NCBI RefSeq assembly: GCF_001194135.2 | Contig: NC_068985.1 | Coordinates: 99,827,093 to 99,891,092, forward strand | Direction: 5' to 3' | DNA from: Octopus bimaculoides | Lineage: Eukaryota | Length of the DNA: 64,000 nt | Part shown: positions 13,744 through 27,035 of the stretch, piece by piece | Layout of the letters: every line of letters starts with the position of its first letter | Numbering within the stretch: position 1 is the stretch's first letter | Made by a program: the position numbers and the translations under genes | The notes under the pieces: generated by a model | Seen by the model: only the letters and a program-made list of their open reading frames with translations | What the model was told of the DNA's origin: nothing | Database searches by the model: none

Positions 13744-14078
13744 GTAAGTTTTGTTTCCGAGTGTAAAACATGCTTCTGTTGAAAGGCTGAAAAAAAGTGA
13801 TCTGATCGTTTCGTTTAAAGAAGCAATTGGCTCACATTTAGTAATGTAGACAAATATTCTTTAAATCCTTGACGAATACCAGACTTGTGTCTCTATAACA
13901 ATAGTAGATATCTTGAATATAGTTCCTTGCTAAACATTACTTCATGCTTAGAGTCTAAATTTAATTTATTTGATTAGACACTACAGAAGGCATATTCACG
14001 ATATATTGATTTACACACAACCTACGCATACGCATCTATACCTTTGATTATATCAGTACACATATATGTGCTTGTATG

Positions 14079-14272
14079 TCAAGGTGGTGAGCTGGCAGAA
14101 ACGTTAAAACGCCGGACGAAATGCTTAGCGGTATTTCGTCTGTATGTTCTGAGTTCAAATTCCTCCGAGGTCGACTTTGCTTTTCATCCTTTCGGGGTCG
14201 ATAAATTAAGTACCAGTTGCATAGTGGTCCCCTCCGCAAAACTTTAGGTCCTTGTGCCTAGAGTAGAAAAGA
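14079..14272 (+). mobile_element. SINE family B (tRNA head plus Nin/Deu-like central domain) with 13-bp TSD
   Basis: ggtgagctggcagaaacgtt...gagttcaaattcc...ttcatcctttcggggtcgataaattaagtaccag. Identical ATGTGCTTGTATG at 14066-14078 and 14273-14285. The domain name is from recall. Confidence 0.85.
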
Positions 14273-15554
14273 ATGTGCTTGTATGACTATAGAGGATAAG
14301 GTTGGTTATGGGTAAATGAGTGCTCAGAAATAAGATGAGATCGAGCATTAGATATGCTTACACAACATACATGATTACTTTACATTTACGAAAATAAAAC
14401 ACCGTTTTCCATGTAATTAATTGCTATTTTGTGACTACGGTGACGGATTTCATTGCTCCATATGTCTTCCGTGTGAAGAATTACTTTGTTAGTTAGAAAA
14501 AGTGAGAAGGACATTTCTTTGAACTATAATGTTTGCCTATTAAATTTCGTGCGTGAACGGTAGAAATACAATCACTCAAATGATTCATGTACAGACAAAA
14601 TTGGAGAAAATGACGAGCGAGGTAGAAGGGAATGTTTTCGGTACATAGATAGAAGTCTTATATTTTTGTAAATTATTTTTGTAAGGAGGAGAAAAAGCTA
14701 TCTCTGAAAGGTTTAAACATAGAGCAAAAGTAATTACAATAAGTACTAAGCCTATATTTTCAAGAATTCAATTAAGGAGATAGAATATTCGTATGATTAA
14801 TTCTTACAGTTTTTATTTCATTTAGATGAAATAAAAGCTGTTAGAATTAATTATACGAATATGATTATCGATGACTTAAAATGAATGGAAAATAGACTCA
14901 AAAGCTTGTGTTCCACTATGATCAAGTAGTTTCTTATAATGGAAAAATCTATAAGAAATCGTTAATTCTTAGAGATAAGACGTTATTGTAAAGAACCGTT
15001 AAAGTATTTTGATAAATATAATATCAAAGAAACGATTAGAGGCAAGTTAAGTAAGTTCTTTGCACGAAACAGTACTTTGAATCGATAATTTAGCAATTAT
15101 AAAAAAAATAGATACATAATCATTTCAGAAAACAACAACAAAAAAATATTTGGTGTTTAAGAAATATTCAAAGAAATATTTTGAAGAAGCTACAAGGAAA
15201 AAAAATTCTAACCAAATTTTCAAATATAACGATTATTAAATTTTAAATTTTAACTATAATACACTACTAAATTTATTTCACTTCAGATATATGAAAATAC
15301 GGAAGTGCATTTTTAATTAATTTGTTTCAATAAAAATTTTATTTACGAGAGTCGCTTCGAATACAAAACGCAATCTTCGAAAATTGAACACTGTTTGATC
15401 AATATGAGCCGATTGTGAATACATTAAAGCAAATAGAGTATACTGTAATTTTGATGGAGTCGAATATTCAAAAGAATTTACTACGAATTCAGTATATGAT
15501 TCGTTGTTTAATCACTAAAATATGCGCAATGGCAACAGTTTATTTATATTTAAT

Positions 15555-15770
15555 ACTGTTTTCAAATTTTGGCACAAGGCCAGCAATCTCGTGGAAATGG
15601 TTAAGTTGATTACGTGGACTTCAGTGTTCAACTGGTAAATATTTTATCGATTTCGAAAGAATGAAATGCAAATATGGTCTCGGTTAAATTTAATCTCATA
15701 ACGTAAAGACTACCGAAACACCGATAACCAATTTTACCAGCGTGCTTACTCACCGCTCATTTCCTGTATG
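15555..15770 (-). mobile_element. Degenerate SINE family B
   Basis: caaattttggcacaaggccagcaat...ttatcgatttcgaaagaatgaaa matches the reverse complement of family B. Confidence 0.6.
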
Positions 15771-15852
15771 ATATTACCTAAACTATAGGTGTCGGCATGA
15801 CTGAGATATGAAAAAGATCGCTTAGCAACTTCGTGCATCTTGGGAAATTGTT

Positions 15853-16025
15853 TAAGGTGGCGAACTGTCAGAATTGCTAACCCGCTGGGCGAAACACTGC
15901 TTATTTAACTTTTCATCCTTTCGGAGTCGATGAAATATGTTCCCGTTGAACACTGAGGTTCATGTGATCGACTTCACCATTCCCTTGAATTACTGGCGTG
16001 GTGCCAAAATCTGTAACCATTATTA
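15853..16025 (+). mobile_element. Degenerate SINE family B
   Basis: aaggtggcgaactgtcagaat...ttttcatcctttcggagtcgatgaaata...gtgccaaaatctgtaacc. Confidence 0.6.
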
Positions 16026-16179
16026 ACTAAACGAAACCATACAACAATAAACAAATATATAAATCTATTTTATGGATTTAAGTTTCCACTGACAGAGAAG
16101 GACATTTTTCATAAAACCCCAAAAGTTTAAATGACATTTGTCCAAGGCCGACAGCTGCGGCTCAGCAAACTGCAAGTTT

Positions 16180-16325
16180 TAACAGAGTGAGGGCTGCTTT
16201 TCGCATAGAATTTATCAATCGTTTCGTGCATTCAATGTACAGAAAATGCTTGGTGTTAATTAACGCTAACGGTGGTCACACGAGATATTGTGCTCATCTT
16301 TTTGGATCCAGGACACCCCGTCACC
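16180..16325 (+). mobile_element. Tc1/mariner transposase C-terminal remnant
   Basis: Translates RKCLVLINANGGHTRY, resembling the Tc1-type C-terminal motif (VIxAxGGHTKY). Confidence 0.5.
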
Positions 16326-16499
16326 ACCTGACACCGTCTACCGTCAAAGAAGTTTTAGGAAAAGTACAGTTTCCTAATTAGCACTCTTTAAGATATGCTA
16401 GTCTGTTAATAAACCGGTTCTTATTTAGCATTGTGCGACGTTCCTTTTCTGCTTCAGTTTTATATATATACACCAGGTCACCTATTCTTATATATATAC

Positions 16500-16552
<53 letters not shown>

Positions 16553-16891
16553 AATGTGTGAATATGTCTTTTTTGTGTGAACGTGGAGGTATGTGTTTGA
16601 TTAACAGGTGACCTCGTGTATTTTTAACCTTGTGAGAGCAATAATGTCGTCGTTTTCACACTCGTCTATCGACAACGTAGCATTTACTATCGTTACCATT
16701 CCCCTACAGCTACTTGTCACTTTCAATGCTTCTGTGTTTTCTTTAACATCACTCTTATCTTATCCGCTTCCGAGGTTCTCCCACCATATATATATATATA
16801 TATATGATATCTAAACGTACCGTCTGAATTTTATAAGTAATGGGAGATATGTACATGTCCGATGTTTGTGTGCGTGGTGTTTGCATTTTAG

Positions 16892-16913
16892 TTTTACGAA
16901 TGCGTTCCTACAA
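16892..16913 (+). CDS. Putative 22-nt coding micro-exon 4
   Basis: Acceptor tttgcattttAG|, (A)FTNAFLQ, donor CAA|GTAAGA. It converts phase 2 to phase 0, as needed to join exon 3 to exon 5. Confidence 0.5.
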
Positions 16914-16924
16914 GTAAGATGGTG

Positions 16925-18350
16925 AAATGATTTACTTATCAGTCAACAACGAACAAAATATGTACTTTTAGAATTACCATATTTTCTAAACTTATGATGC
17001 AAAATGATGAAGTAAGTGTCATAAATTAACCTAGACACTTGAGCATTTTGCATGCAGAAAGACTGTTAAGCAAAAGAGAGAGGTCAAGTAAAATGACCAG
17101 TGAATAAAATATCTTTCTTACAATATATATATTGAGCGTGCATTGTAGAATTATCTGCTAACATCAATAAGTTTCAATGCTCGTATTGTGGTTTGCAAAT
17201 TGATGAGACAAAAACATTAGGAACACTGTAATATTATTGGCATTCATTCAATCTGTTAATGGAGATCAAACAGTAAATCAGTTTCCATCGTTGAAAAGAA
17301 ATGACAGCCACAATGGAAGATATAGTTATTCATATTTTACATTATTTCTTTAAAAGTTAGAAGTTCTAATTCAAGACAATGAGTGACTGTTTGTACTGGT
17401 GGAGCTCACTCTATGGTATTATATGAGAAAGAGCTTATAACAATTGTAAAGGAAGCAAACGAGCATTTTTGAAAGAAAATAATTTCTATGTAGTGTATGT
17501 TGCAAAACCATTGGGAGTTCGGCAGGAACATATTATTGATAACCTGAACCGTGATAAAAATAGTCCATTAAAAAGTTCGTTTAGAAAAAGACATTTTATG
17601 GACGGATTTCCAGCACATATATTTTGCCTTATGGCAGGAAAATGAGACTAATGTCAAGGTTTGATGCTACGTTTTGTGCATGAACTTCAAAACGAGATTC
17701 TTGCATTGTTTATTTTATATATACAATTAAATTAACGATACTTTTGTGATTTGCTAGAATGTTAATTTTGGATTTATCGTTTGTAATGTTTGGAAGATTA
17801 TCATAAGCTAAACCGGAATGTCTAAGGAGAAAAAAAAACTGAGAATATTCTGAAGTCTACAAATAAATACATGAAGAAGGATAATATGTTGATCTGGGGA
17901 GAGAAAAACAAGAGAAATTAATTTCTAGTGCTTCGTTTGGAAATATAAAAGTATATAAAAGAAATGGTTGGTTTCATAGCAGAGAAATTAAAGCTGTATG
18001 TTATGTAATTAAACAAACGCAATACTATTGTATAATATAAACATTTCCATGGAAACTAAAACTGAACAAACTGAATTCTATATCCAGTGACAATGAAGTA
18101 GAAATTCAAATGGGTGATTTGTTTTTCTTCGTTTTGACAATAATTTCTTTCTTCTGCAACGAATACCCATTTCTAGCTTTGTTTCTATCACTTCAAACCT
18201 AAACAACATATTTATGAGAATTAGATCAATCGCCATTATCGAAAAGTAAAAGCAATGATAGAGACACTATTCAATATATTGAAAGAGAAATGATTAACAT
18301 GTTTAAGAACATACATTCTATATTTGAGGAAAATGATAAAATGATAAAAT
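16925..18350 (+). pseudogene. Decayed hAT (Charlie/Buster-like) transposase
   Basis: Collinear motifs across frameshifts: GLQIDET, LLAFIQSVNG, VCTGGAHSMV, HELQNEIL, ENILKSTNK, NEYPFLA, TTYL, IEREM. Confidence 0.75.
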
Positions 18351-18992
18351 TCCATTTGGCATCCTCGTCTATGTGTAAATCAGCCCTGCATAATTATGGA
18401 GTGGATATGGTATTCGTTATCAACGGCAACCTACGAACTTTGTTTACAGCAATACAAAGCTATGAATAGCAGATGTGAGCTAAGAGAGCTGCGGCTTCAC
18501 CACCCCTGTTCAATGATACACAAATTGTCAATTTTTTGAGGTTTGCTAGGAACGTCTCACTCTATATGGAAATCATTAAATAATATATTTGCTGAATGTT
18601 TTGCAAAGCTCCGAAAGCTGCAAGAAAATTGTTATAAGCAACCAAAGCCGTGGTAGTCGAAGAATGTTCTGTTCATCGATTTATATTACACGTTGCTCTG
18701 TGCTCGAACGTACAAGCAGCATATGCTAGATGATCTGAAGTTAATTATCTTCTGGAGGATTTGACTGTAAAAGCAGAATATGCAGGCAATGACGTAAACA
18801 AACTATCCACCAGTAGACTTGTTTTAGTAACTTTTCCGTCTCTCAGGCCTAGTTATATTATCAGTCATTTTATGCTGGCTAATATATACGGTACCAATAC
18901 AGAAATCCGTCAACAAAACATTTTCTGATATTCTCTGTGTGTGATGTGTCCTTACCCGCAAAGACTCAAGTGAGTCCTCTTCTTACATTAAA

Positions 18993-19023
<31 letters not shown>

Positions 19024-19039
19024 TGTATGTATGTATGTT

Positions 19040-19086
<47 letters not shown>

Positions 19087-19088
<2 letters not shown>

Positions 19089-19600
19089 TGTCATCAGTCC
19101 TTGTTGAGTGCATTGGATCAAATGAAGCTCTCTTCTCTCTGATACCCTTGTTTTGATGCTGTTGCTAACAACAGATTTCTGTTTGCTCCGCATCATACTT
19201 GCCAACGGTGTGAACCGATCTGCGGCAAAACCAAGTCCCTTCCGATGAATTTGCGTTGCACCCATCATATCTCGTTGTGTAAGAGAAGACACAAAGTCAT
19301 AAGTCTCTACTTCTGCTTTCCAATTCCTGGTTATTTTCACATCTAGTGGATTACGCCTGATTTCCGTGTCCTTCGACTCTCTCAACATCATCACCGTTCG
19401 TACCTTCCCCAGTTTATATATTTCGACTATCAACGCCAGTGGTAACAGCAAAGAGCCATTTTAAAGATAAAGAGCTGAATTGTTCAATATCCGAGGTACG
19501 CCTAGCCACTTTCTAATGAACAAGGAAAAAAGATTCCTTTAATGACTCGTGCTTAGATTGTTCTATTTCATTTAATCATAGCAAATTAGAAACACTAATT
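19087..19600 (-). pseudogene. HERO/NeSL-like (R2 superfamily) non-LTR retrotransposon fragment, post-RT region
   Basis: FIRKWLGVPRILNNSALYL*...LPLALIVEIYKLGKVRTVMMLRESKD...WKAE...MGATQIHRKGLG...QQGLMTR, with stops. Confidence 0.75.
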
Positions 19601-19689
19601 ATGAGAAATTTTGTAAGGTGCCAATGACAAATGCCAGAACAATTGTGGCCAATCACAGCAACTCTCCCCTTCTCTTCCTCCTCTCCTTG

Positions 19690-19814
19690 CTACCACTACT
19701 GCTTCTGCTGCTGCCGCTGTTGCTGCCGCTGTTGCTGCCGCTGTTGCTGCCGCTGTTGCTGCCGCTGTTGCTGCCGCTGTTGCTGCTGCTGTTGCTGCTA
19801 CTACTACCACTACA

Positions 19815-19872
<58 letters not shown>

Positions 19873-19915
19873 TTACTACTACTACTACCACTACTACTAC
19901 TACTACTACAACAAC
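19690..19915. repeat. Compound repeat: about 6 x 12-bp GCTGCCGCTGTT grading into (CTA)n
   Basis: Seen directly. Confidence 0.9.
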
Positions 19916-21934
19916 ATCTACGTTGACTACGACGGCCCATCAACCATCTTCAGAAGGAATGCAACTAGCAGTGTATTTTGAAAGCGAACATCCGATTTCC
20001 AGTACTGGTAGAACGAAAGATTAATCTAATTATTTCAATTTATTTATCTTACAACATGTTTTCCTCATGATCCAAACCTGTAACATATTTAATGAAAATG
20101 TATTTTCTTTCATTTTGTCCATCATAGATTTGTCAAATAATGTTCTTCTTTGTGTTTATATATGTATATGTATGAATGTGTGAGTGTTTGTATGCATTTA
20201 TGAATATTTATGAAACTAAATATACCAAATCATACACCGATATCAAGGTGACTATTCATCGCACTGCATAAAGGAGGATTATATTTACGAGGAATTCGAA
20301 AAATGACTAATAAAAGAGTGATATTCATATAAAATAATATTTATCTTTCACAAAGATAATAAATATATTTACACTAAATTTAGGAACAATTTAATTATAT
20401 TAACGAACGCATTTTAACGTCCGTTCTTTATAAAGAATTAAAATAGATTTAATAAAGCAACAGTGTAGTCACAGCTATTTTGACTCCAATATTTTTGAAA
20501 ATACACTGCGTAAAATATGCATTTAATGTTTCAGTAATATATCAAAAAGTATCAATTAATTTTATGGTTTGTTTATAAATTAATCATGTTCAAATTATAA
20601 TGCTGAAATTTTCCGCACACGATAATACATAAAATTTTCTTACTTGACGCTAATAGAATATGTCTGCTTAAGATAAAAATGAAAGGCTTTGAATCGGAAT
20701 TAAAATTCTGATACTTTAAAAAGTTCTCTCTATTATGTAGTAACTGAAAATGTCGTTTTTAAAGAGTGATAACATTATTTAATAGATCAACCTTATGGTA
20801 ATTTATATTGAGTACGAATAAATAAAATCCCACATGACTTCAATATACTGACTTATTATTATGAGAGAATTTTCATTTGTTGGCAGCTCATTCTAATAAA
20901 TATATCACATCGAATAACAAAGATATGTTAATTTCTGGACTTTTTAAAATTCGTTCAAAATATACACGAATCGAACATGTTTGGATGTAGAAACAAGAAG
21001 TTAGATATTGTTGAACAATTCTGAAGTGCTCTTTTTACAATGCTATTCATCTTAGATATCTTTGCCTAACATATGTCGTCATATAAATAACAATTGATTA
21101 TTATGATAGACATATTTCAAGAGATGAGATTAATGATTCATTGATTAACCTGAATATCGGGTAACGAAATAGAGCAGTGGGATTAACATTTTTTTGCAGG
21201 CGTTTATAAGATAAGCAAGATAGACCCTTTACGATTGACATGCTCTTGTGCAATTAAATATTGGATTTTCTGGAAAAAAGGCTATGACGCTGTTTGCTCA
21301 TTCTCGGATACATTCATCATAAAAAAAATTATCAACTTACTGTTGGGAAGATATATATACATCTATAAAATCGTTCCTGTTGAGATCTCGCTATAATTTG
21401 GTTACTAGTGCTACGGTTGTACTTTCTTTATGTTTAGAAATAGTCATTTGTCTTTCTTTAATCATATTCTTTTATTCTTCTACTTGTTCAGTCATTTGAC
21501 TGCGGCTATGCTGGAGCACCTATTTTATATTATTTACAACTTGGTGACCATTACTTGACCACGGATGGTTCTTCGTTTCATGCCCAGTGTTATTTTATCA
21601 ACGTCGCAAATTATGTCACTGTAACTTTGTTGATGTTCATTTTCCTCTAAGCAAATAGGAAGTGAAATTCAATTTTCGTTTCTAAAATGTCATAAATCCA
21701 TATTAAACTCTAATAATATAAGATGAAAACAACTTTTGTAAAAAACAGAAAATGGAGATTTCTTGAAAACATTTTTTAGGCGTAAACTCTAAGAATTTAT
21801 ACTCGGAAAAGAAAATGATTTTTTTAATATCCCAATATATATTCTACAAAATTGTCTACCCTTAGCTCTTTCACTGTTTCCAGTCAGGGGCCGGTGAGAC
21901 AAGCCACCGTACACTATTTATGTAGTACATTATA

Positions 21935-22061
21935 CAAGGTGTCCACAAAGACTGGGTACATGGAGTAAATAAAATCATAACATAAGCAATTAAAAATAAG
22001 AAATAATAATGTCTTAAAGTATGTATTAATCCTCTTGTACCCAGACTTTGTGCACACCTTG
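21935..22061. mobile_element. 127-bp Tc1/mariner-type MITE
   Basis: TIRs CAAGGTGTCCACAAAGACTGGGTACA / TGTACCCAGACTTTGTGCACACCTTG (2 mismatches in 26), with TA on both sides. Confidence 0.85.
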
Positions 22062-22524
22062 TAAATCTGATTTTAAAATGTGGTAAATCCTCACTTTAGC
22101 TCTTCAAAGTTCGTGACAATCATTTTAATTCATATTTCCTGCTTGCTAACAAAATACATATTCTGCTAACTTTTAAAGAAAAAGAATAAATATGATGCAT
22201 TATTCTGAGCGTTTCCTTCATAAATATCACTGGATTTCACACCACTTATTCTCTTCACCATCTCACCATCTCTACACTATCTGCCTCCAACTTCCTCCCG
22301 TTCACCTTTTCTGCCATCAAATCCCCCCTCCTCGTTCCATTTATCTACATCCCAGCTCCTCCCCTTCCTTGCTTCTTCTGCTCTTCTACATTTTTCACCC
22401 ATTTCACCATTTTTTTTTCGTCATCGCATTTATCCACACCATTACCAGTTAAACAACATATTCGTCATCGTCGTGGTGCTCTCCTTCACATCATTATCGT
22501 CATCACTACAATGGCCGTCGTCGG

Positions 22525-22529
22525 CATCG

Positions 22530-22563
<34 letters not shown>

Positions 22564-22588
22564 AATCATCGTCCCCATCACCACCACT

Positions 22589-22642
<54 letters not shown>

Positions 22643-22645
22643 GCC
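22525..22645. repeat. (CAT)n microsatellite
   Basis: Interrupted CAT array. Confidence 0.9.
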
Positions 22646-25282
22646 ATAATTGCATTAACTTCATCAATTTCATATCTGCATTTATTATTATCAACGAGGG
22701 GTAAAAAAAAAACAGAGGTAAATAAAATAGTTCCCATTCGGAAATAAAAGACAAAGACCCGGTTTAAGAACAAAGTTTTATGTAGAAAAGATTAAGACTC
22801 AAAGAGTAATAAATCAACGATAACAATCGGGAATAGCTTACACTTCAAAGAGCTTTTGTACAGCCATTTGTATAATTTCAAATGGTAAAAGGCGATAAGG
22901 CCAACGTGCTTTATTGTTCGGTTACTGTGCTGTGTTGTGCCAGTGAATATTCCTATTCTGTTCCTAATTGCATCCCTTTAGCATTTAAAATAAGATTACT
23001 AGGTTTGATATCGAGTCAAACTGACGGATTTTTGTGAGAAAAACGGTAACCATAACAAAATATATAAATCAAGCTGGCTATGATTCCGCTAGTGGTTTTC
23101 TCAATCAATCCCTTCGTTATTTTTCGCTGATTTATTTATTGACTCAGTGTGTTATTGCCTTTCTACTGTGCTACAGCCTTGCTTTTCATATCAGCGTCAT
23201 CGTCACGTATTGTTGGTATTTCAGACATGAAACGCAATCGAAGATTGACTAAGATGCATTTATCCTGACTGTATAAATTTACTACGCTCAGAAAATGCAG
23301 AGAGTGTTAAGCAGCTACGAAATAAAATATTTGGACTTTTTTTTTTGTACTGTGTTTATGATTGTGTTTTCTTTTCCCACTATTTTCCCTTTCAAACATA
23401 GCGAATCATTTCTTATGTGCGTGTTTGGAAGTATCCTATATTCTTTATGGTTAAAATAATTGTATTCTCTAATAATGGTTTCTAACGTAAGCATGAATCT
23501 TGAAATATCTTGAGGCTGACATTTGTAAATTGTTGCCATTCATGTATTTGCCATGTTCATTACAGTTTCACATAAAGTAAATACTACAGTCACAGAAAAA
23601 AATATCTCCATATGGTGGTACCACGACATAATTGAATAACAATTTCTTTTCACTGCTAATATGTCCTACTTTCTCAATAGCATCCAGAACACTGTATAGA
23701 TAATTATTTCCCTAATTTCGAGAAATAGAGATGAATTTTTTCAGGACGCAGTTTGAACGCATCCCTTTCACGGCTGAATCATCCTATTTCATCTTTTTAT
23801 TATTTTAAATAACTTCAGTGACTATTTAAACGTCGTTAATAACAAAATTATACTTTGCTTGTTAATGATAAATCCTTCTGGTTCAATAACCGATAATTCA
23901 GTCAATAGCAACAACAAAATATATTATCTCAATGCTATTCGTTCAATTTCTGTGTCCATTAACATTATCTGTCCTATCTCATACGTTTATATCAAGTTAT
24001 CCGTGAAATATTAAACATGGCTCAAGTCATTAAATCTAGGTATACCAAAACTTCAATACTTGCTGGGGAAATACTGTCAACGTGATATTAATGAAGCGAA
24101 GATTTTTAAGACAACCCAGGCTTGAAGGATCGGTGATAATTTTAATTCTGTTAGCTATAATTTGCATTTTGTTACAAGGCTATGTCTGTAGTACGTAGTA
24201 GAATATATTGAACTTATTAAAACGCTTATCTGTGACTCTCTCTCTCTCTCNNNNNNNNNNNNNNNNNNNNNNNNNNNNNNNNNNNNNNNNNNNNNNNNNN
24301 NNNNNNNNNNNNNNNNNNNNNNNNNNNNNNNNNNNNNNNNNNNNNNNNNNNNNNNNNNNNNNNNNNNNNNNNNNNNNNNNNNNNNNNNNNNNNNNNNNNN
24401 NNNNNNNNNNNNNNNNNNNNNNNNNNNNNNNNNNNNNNNNNNNNNNNNNNNNNNNNNNNNNNNNNNNNNNNNNNNNNNNNNNNNNNNNNNNNNNNNNNNN
24501 NNNNNNNNNNNNNNNNNNNNNNNNNNNNNNNNNNNNNNNNNNNNNNNNNNNNNNNNNNNNNNNNNNNNNNNNNNNNNNNNNNNNNNNNNNNNNNNNNNNN
24601 NNNNNNNNNNNNNNNNNNNNNNNNNNNNNNNNNNNNNNNNNNNNNNNNNNNNNNNNNNNNNNNNNNNNNNNNNNNNNNNNNNNNNNNNNNNNNNNNNNNN
24701 NNNNNNNNNNNNNNNNNNNNNNNNNNNNNNNNNNNNNNNNNNNNNNNNNNNNNNNNNNNNNNNNNNNNNNNNNNNNNNNNNNNNNNNNNNNNNNNNNNNN
24801 NNNNNNNNNNNNNNNNNNNNNNNNNNNNNNNNNNNNNNNNNNNNNNNNNNNNNNNNNNNNNNNNNNNNNNNNNNNNNNNNNNNNNNNNNNNNNNNNNNNN
24901 NNNNNNNNNNNNNNNNNNNNNNNNNNNNNNNNNNNNNNNNNNNNNNNNNNNNNNNNNNNNNNNNNNNNNNNNNNNNNNNNNNNNNNNNNNNNNNNNNNNN
25001 NNNNNNNNNNNNNNNNNNNNNNNNNNNNNNNNNNNNNNNNNNNNNNNNNNNNNNNNNNNNNNNNNNNNNNNNNNNNNNNNNNNNNNNNNNNNNNNNNNNN
25101 NNNNNNNNNNNNNNNNNNNNNNNNNNNNNNNNNNNNNNNNNNNNNNNNNNNNNNNNNNNNNNNNNNNNNNNNNNNNNNNNNNNNNNNNNNNNNNNNNNNN
25201 NNNNNTATATATATATACATACATATAACACACATACATGAGTGTATGTATATATCTATTTTCGTGCATGCATGCATGTATG

Positions 25283-25313
<31 letters not shown>

Positions 25314-26576
25314 ATATACTTAATTTCCGTTTCCGTTATAAACTATTTAAAAAGTAGTTGTCGTGCTATTTTCTGCGGATCAGTATTTTGAGCCTTAAGA
25401 ATTTCCGATGTGTCAACGAATATAAAATCTACTTCCATGTGCTGCTCAATAATGTTCTTTCCCACTTTGATAAAAATCGTATCATACCCTATGTGAAACG
25501 GTTAAATAAGAATATATTACGTTTGTAATTCCAGTACGTGTTGTTCATCATAAAATATGATGTGTAATACATCTAGCGTTTTAATAAGGACTAATATTTC
25601 ATCTAACAGACAGCTCACGCTTCTGTTTATTGCAGATAATATAGCACTTTTGTAAATCATATGTAAATATCACTGCTGCTGCTGAGTGAACATCAATTCT
25701 AAAATGATAATATAATCCCTGAAATACCAATATAGATAATAACCAGAGCTCAGGAAAGGAAATGCGTTTCATTATGAAAACGATTATTTATAACAGTAGA
25801 TATATCTTCAGCTTAGATTCTGTCAAACAACATCACTGTTTTTAATTATGATGTTGTCTGTCACAGAAGGGAATCGATTTAGCTAAAGCAAACACGTGAC
25901 TTTATCGGAAAACGTTAAACCGCAACAACATAAGATTTTCGCTTTACATTTTCAAATTATCTGAAATCTTTGTTATAGATATCACGATGAGACTAAGCTA
26001 CAATTAATTCGTAAGATATACACAGTGAGCGGTCAAATAACAAATGGAATTGGGATAAATGCTACAGGCTCGGAGATGTCTATACACGAAAGACTTTCAA
26101 TTTACTACGAATGACGTGACATTCTATAATTTAAGAATAAGAGATTTATGACCAATTAAAAAAAGTTACAACAGGAAACATTTGAAAACCTCGTTGTATA
26201 TGTTTATTAAATAATTATTTGACTAATATTTCAAAATAAAAACTGAAGTGAGTGAATGAAAAAAATTTCGCGTACACCTCGAGTCAATTAAAATAAACAT
26301 CAACTCAATTAAAATTCTTAGAAATAACATATTCATCATAACCATACGTAGATGAAAAAGAGCAAAATATTCTTTCAGATGTTTAATACGATAAAAAACA
26401 ACAACAACTAAATTGTTTGATATCAATAAATATATAACAGTGAATAACATAAAGGACAGCTCCTTTACGTTTCACGAGCTGCGTATTTTCTCCAGGATTA
26501 ATATAGTAAGTGATAAGTGATTTTTAAACATATAATATAATATAATATATGATATGATGTATATATATATATGATG

Positions 26577-26621
<45 letters not shown>

Positions 26622-26842
26622 AATTTTATTATAGCTTCAAAATTATCACCATGATGTTACTCAGAGTTTCAAATTCCCGTTTTCAGGCACTTGTGGTTCG
26701 ATCCCAATAAACGGGATCGTAAATGTAGGAGTAATATTCTTCATATAACTTTGCAGCTTCAATAAAAGCATACTAGTCTACCGTCGGCTTTGTAGTACTA
26801 TTTTCTTCACCTTGATTTGCATTTATGTTCTTACCTGTGTGA

Positions 26843-26900
<58 letters not shown>

Positions 26901-26902
<2 letters not shown>

Positions 26903-27035
26903 GGCTTCTTTCAGTTTCTGTTTGCCGAATTCACAGACTAAATCTGGTCGGCCGGAGGATACACTTACACAAGTTGCCACACAGCAGGACTAAAGCTGGA
27001 ACCATGTGGTTGAGAAGCAACCTCACACCCACGCC
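26901..27035 (-). mobile_element. Degenerate SINE family A, 5' half
   Basis: ggcttctttcagtttc...acacaagttgccacacagcaggact...ggaaccatgtggttg, abutting (TA)n. Confidence 0.7.

Noticed and set aside
21201-21400. Acceptor followed by a 65-codon open frame (also 20887-20990 and 7152-7245)
   Set aside because: No donor or phase compatibility with the exon chain. This is within chance expectation for a window this size.
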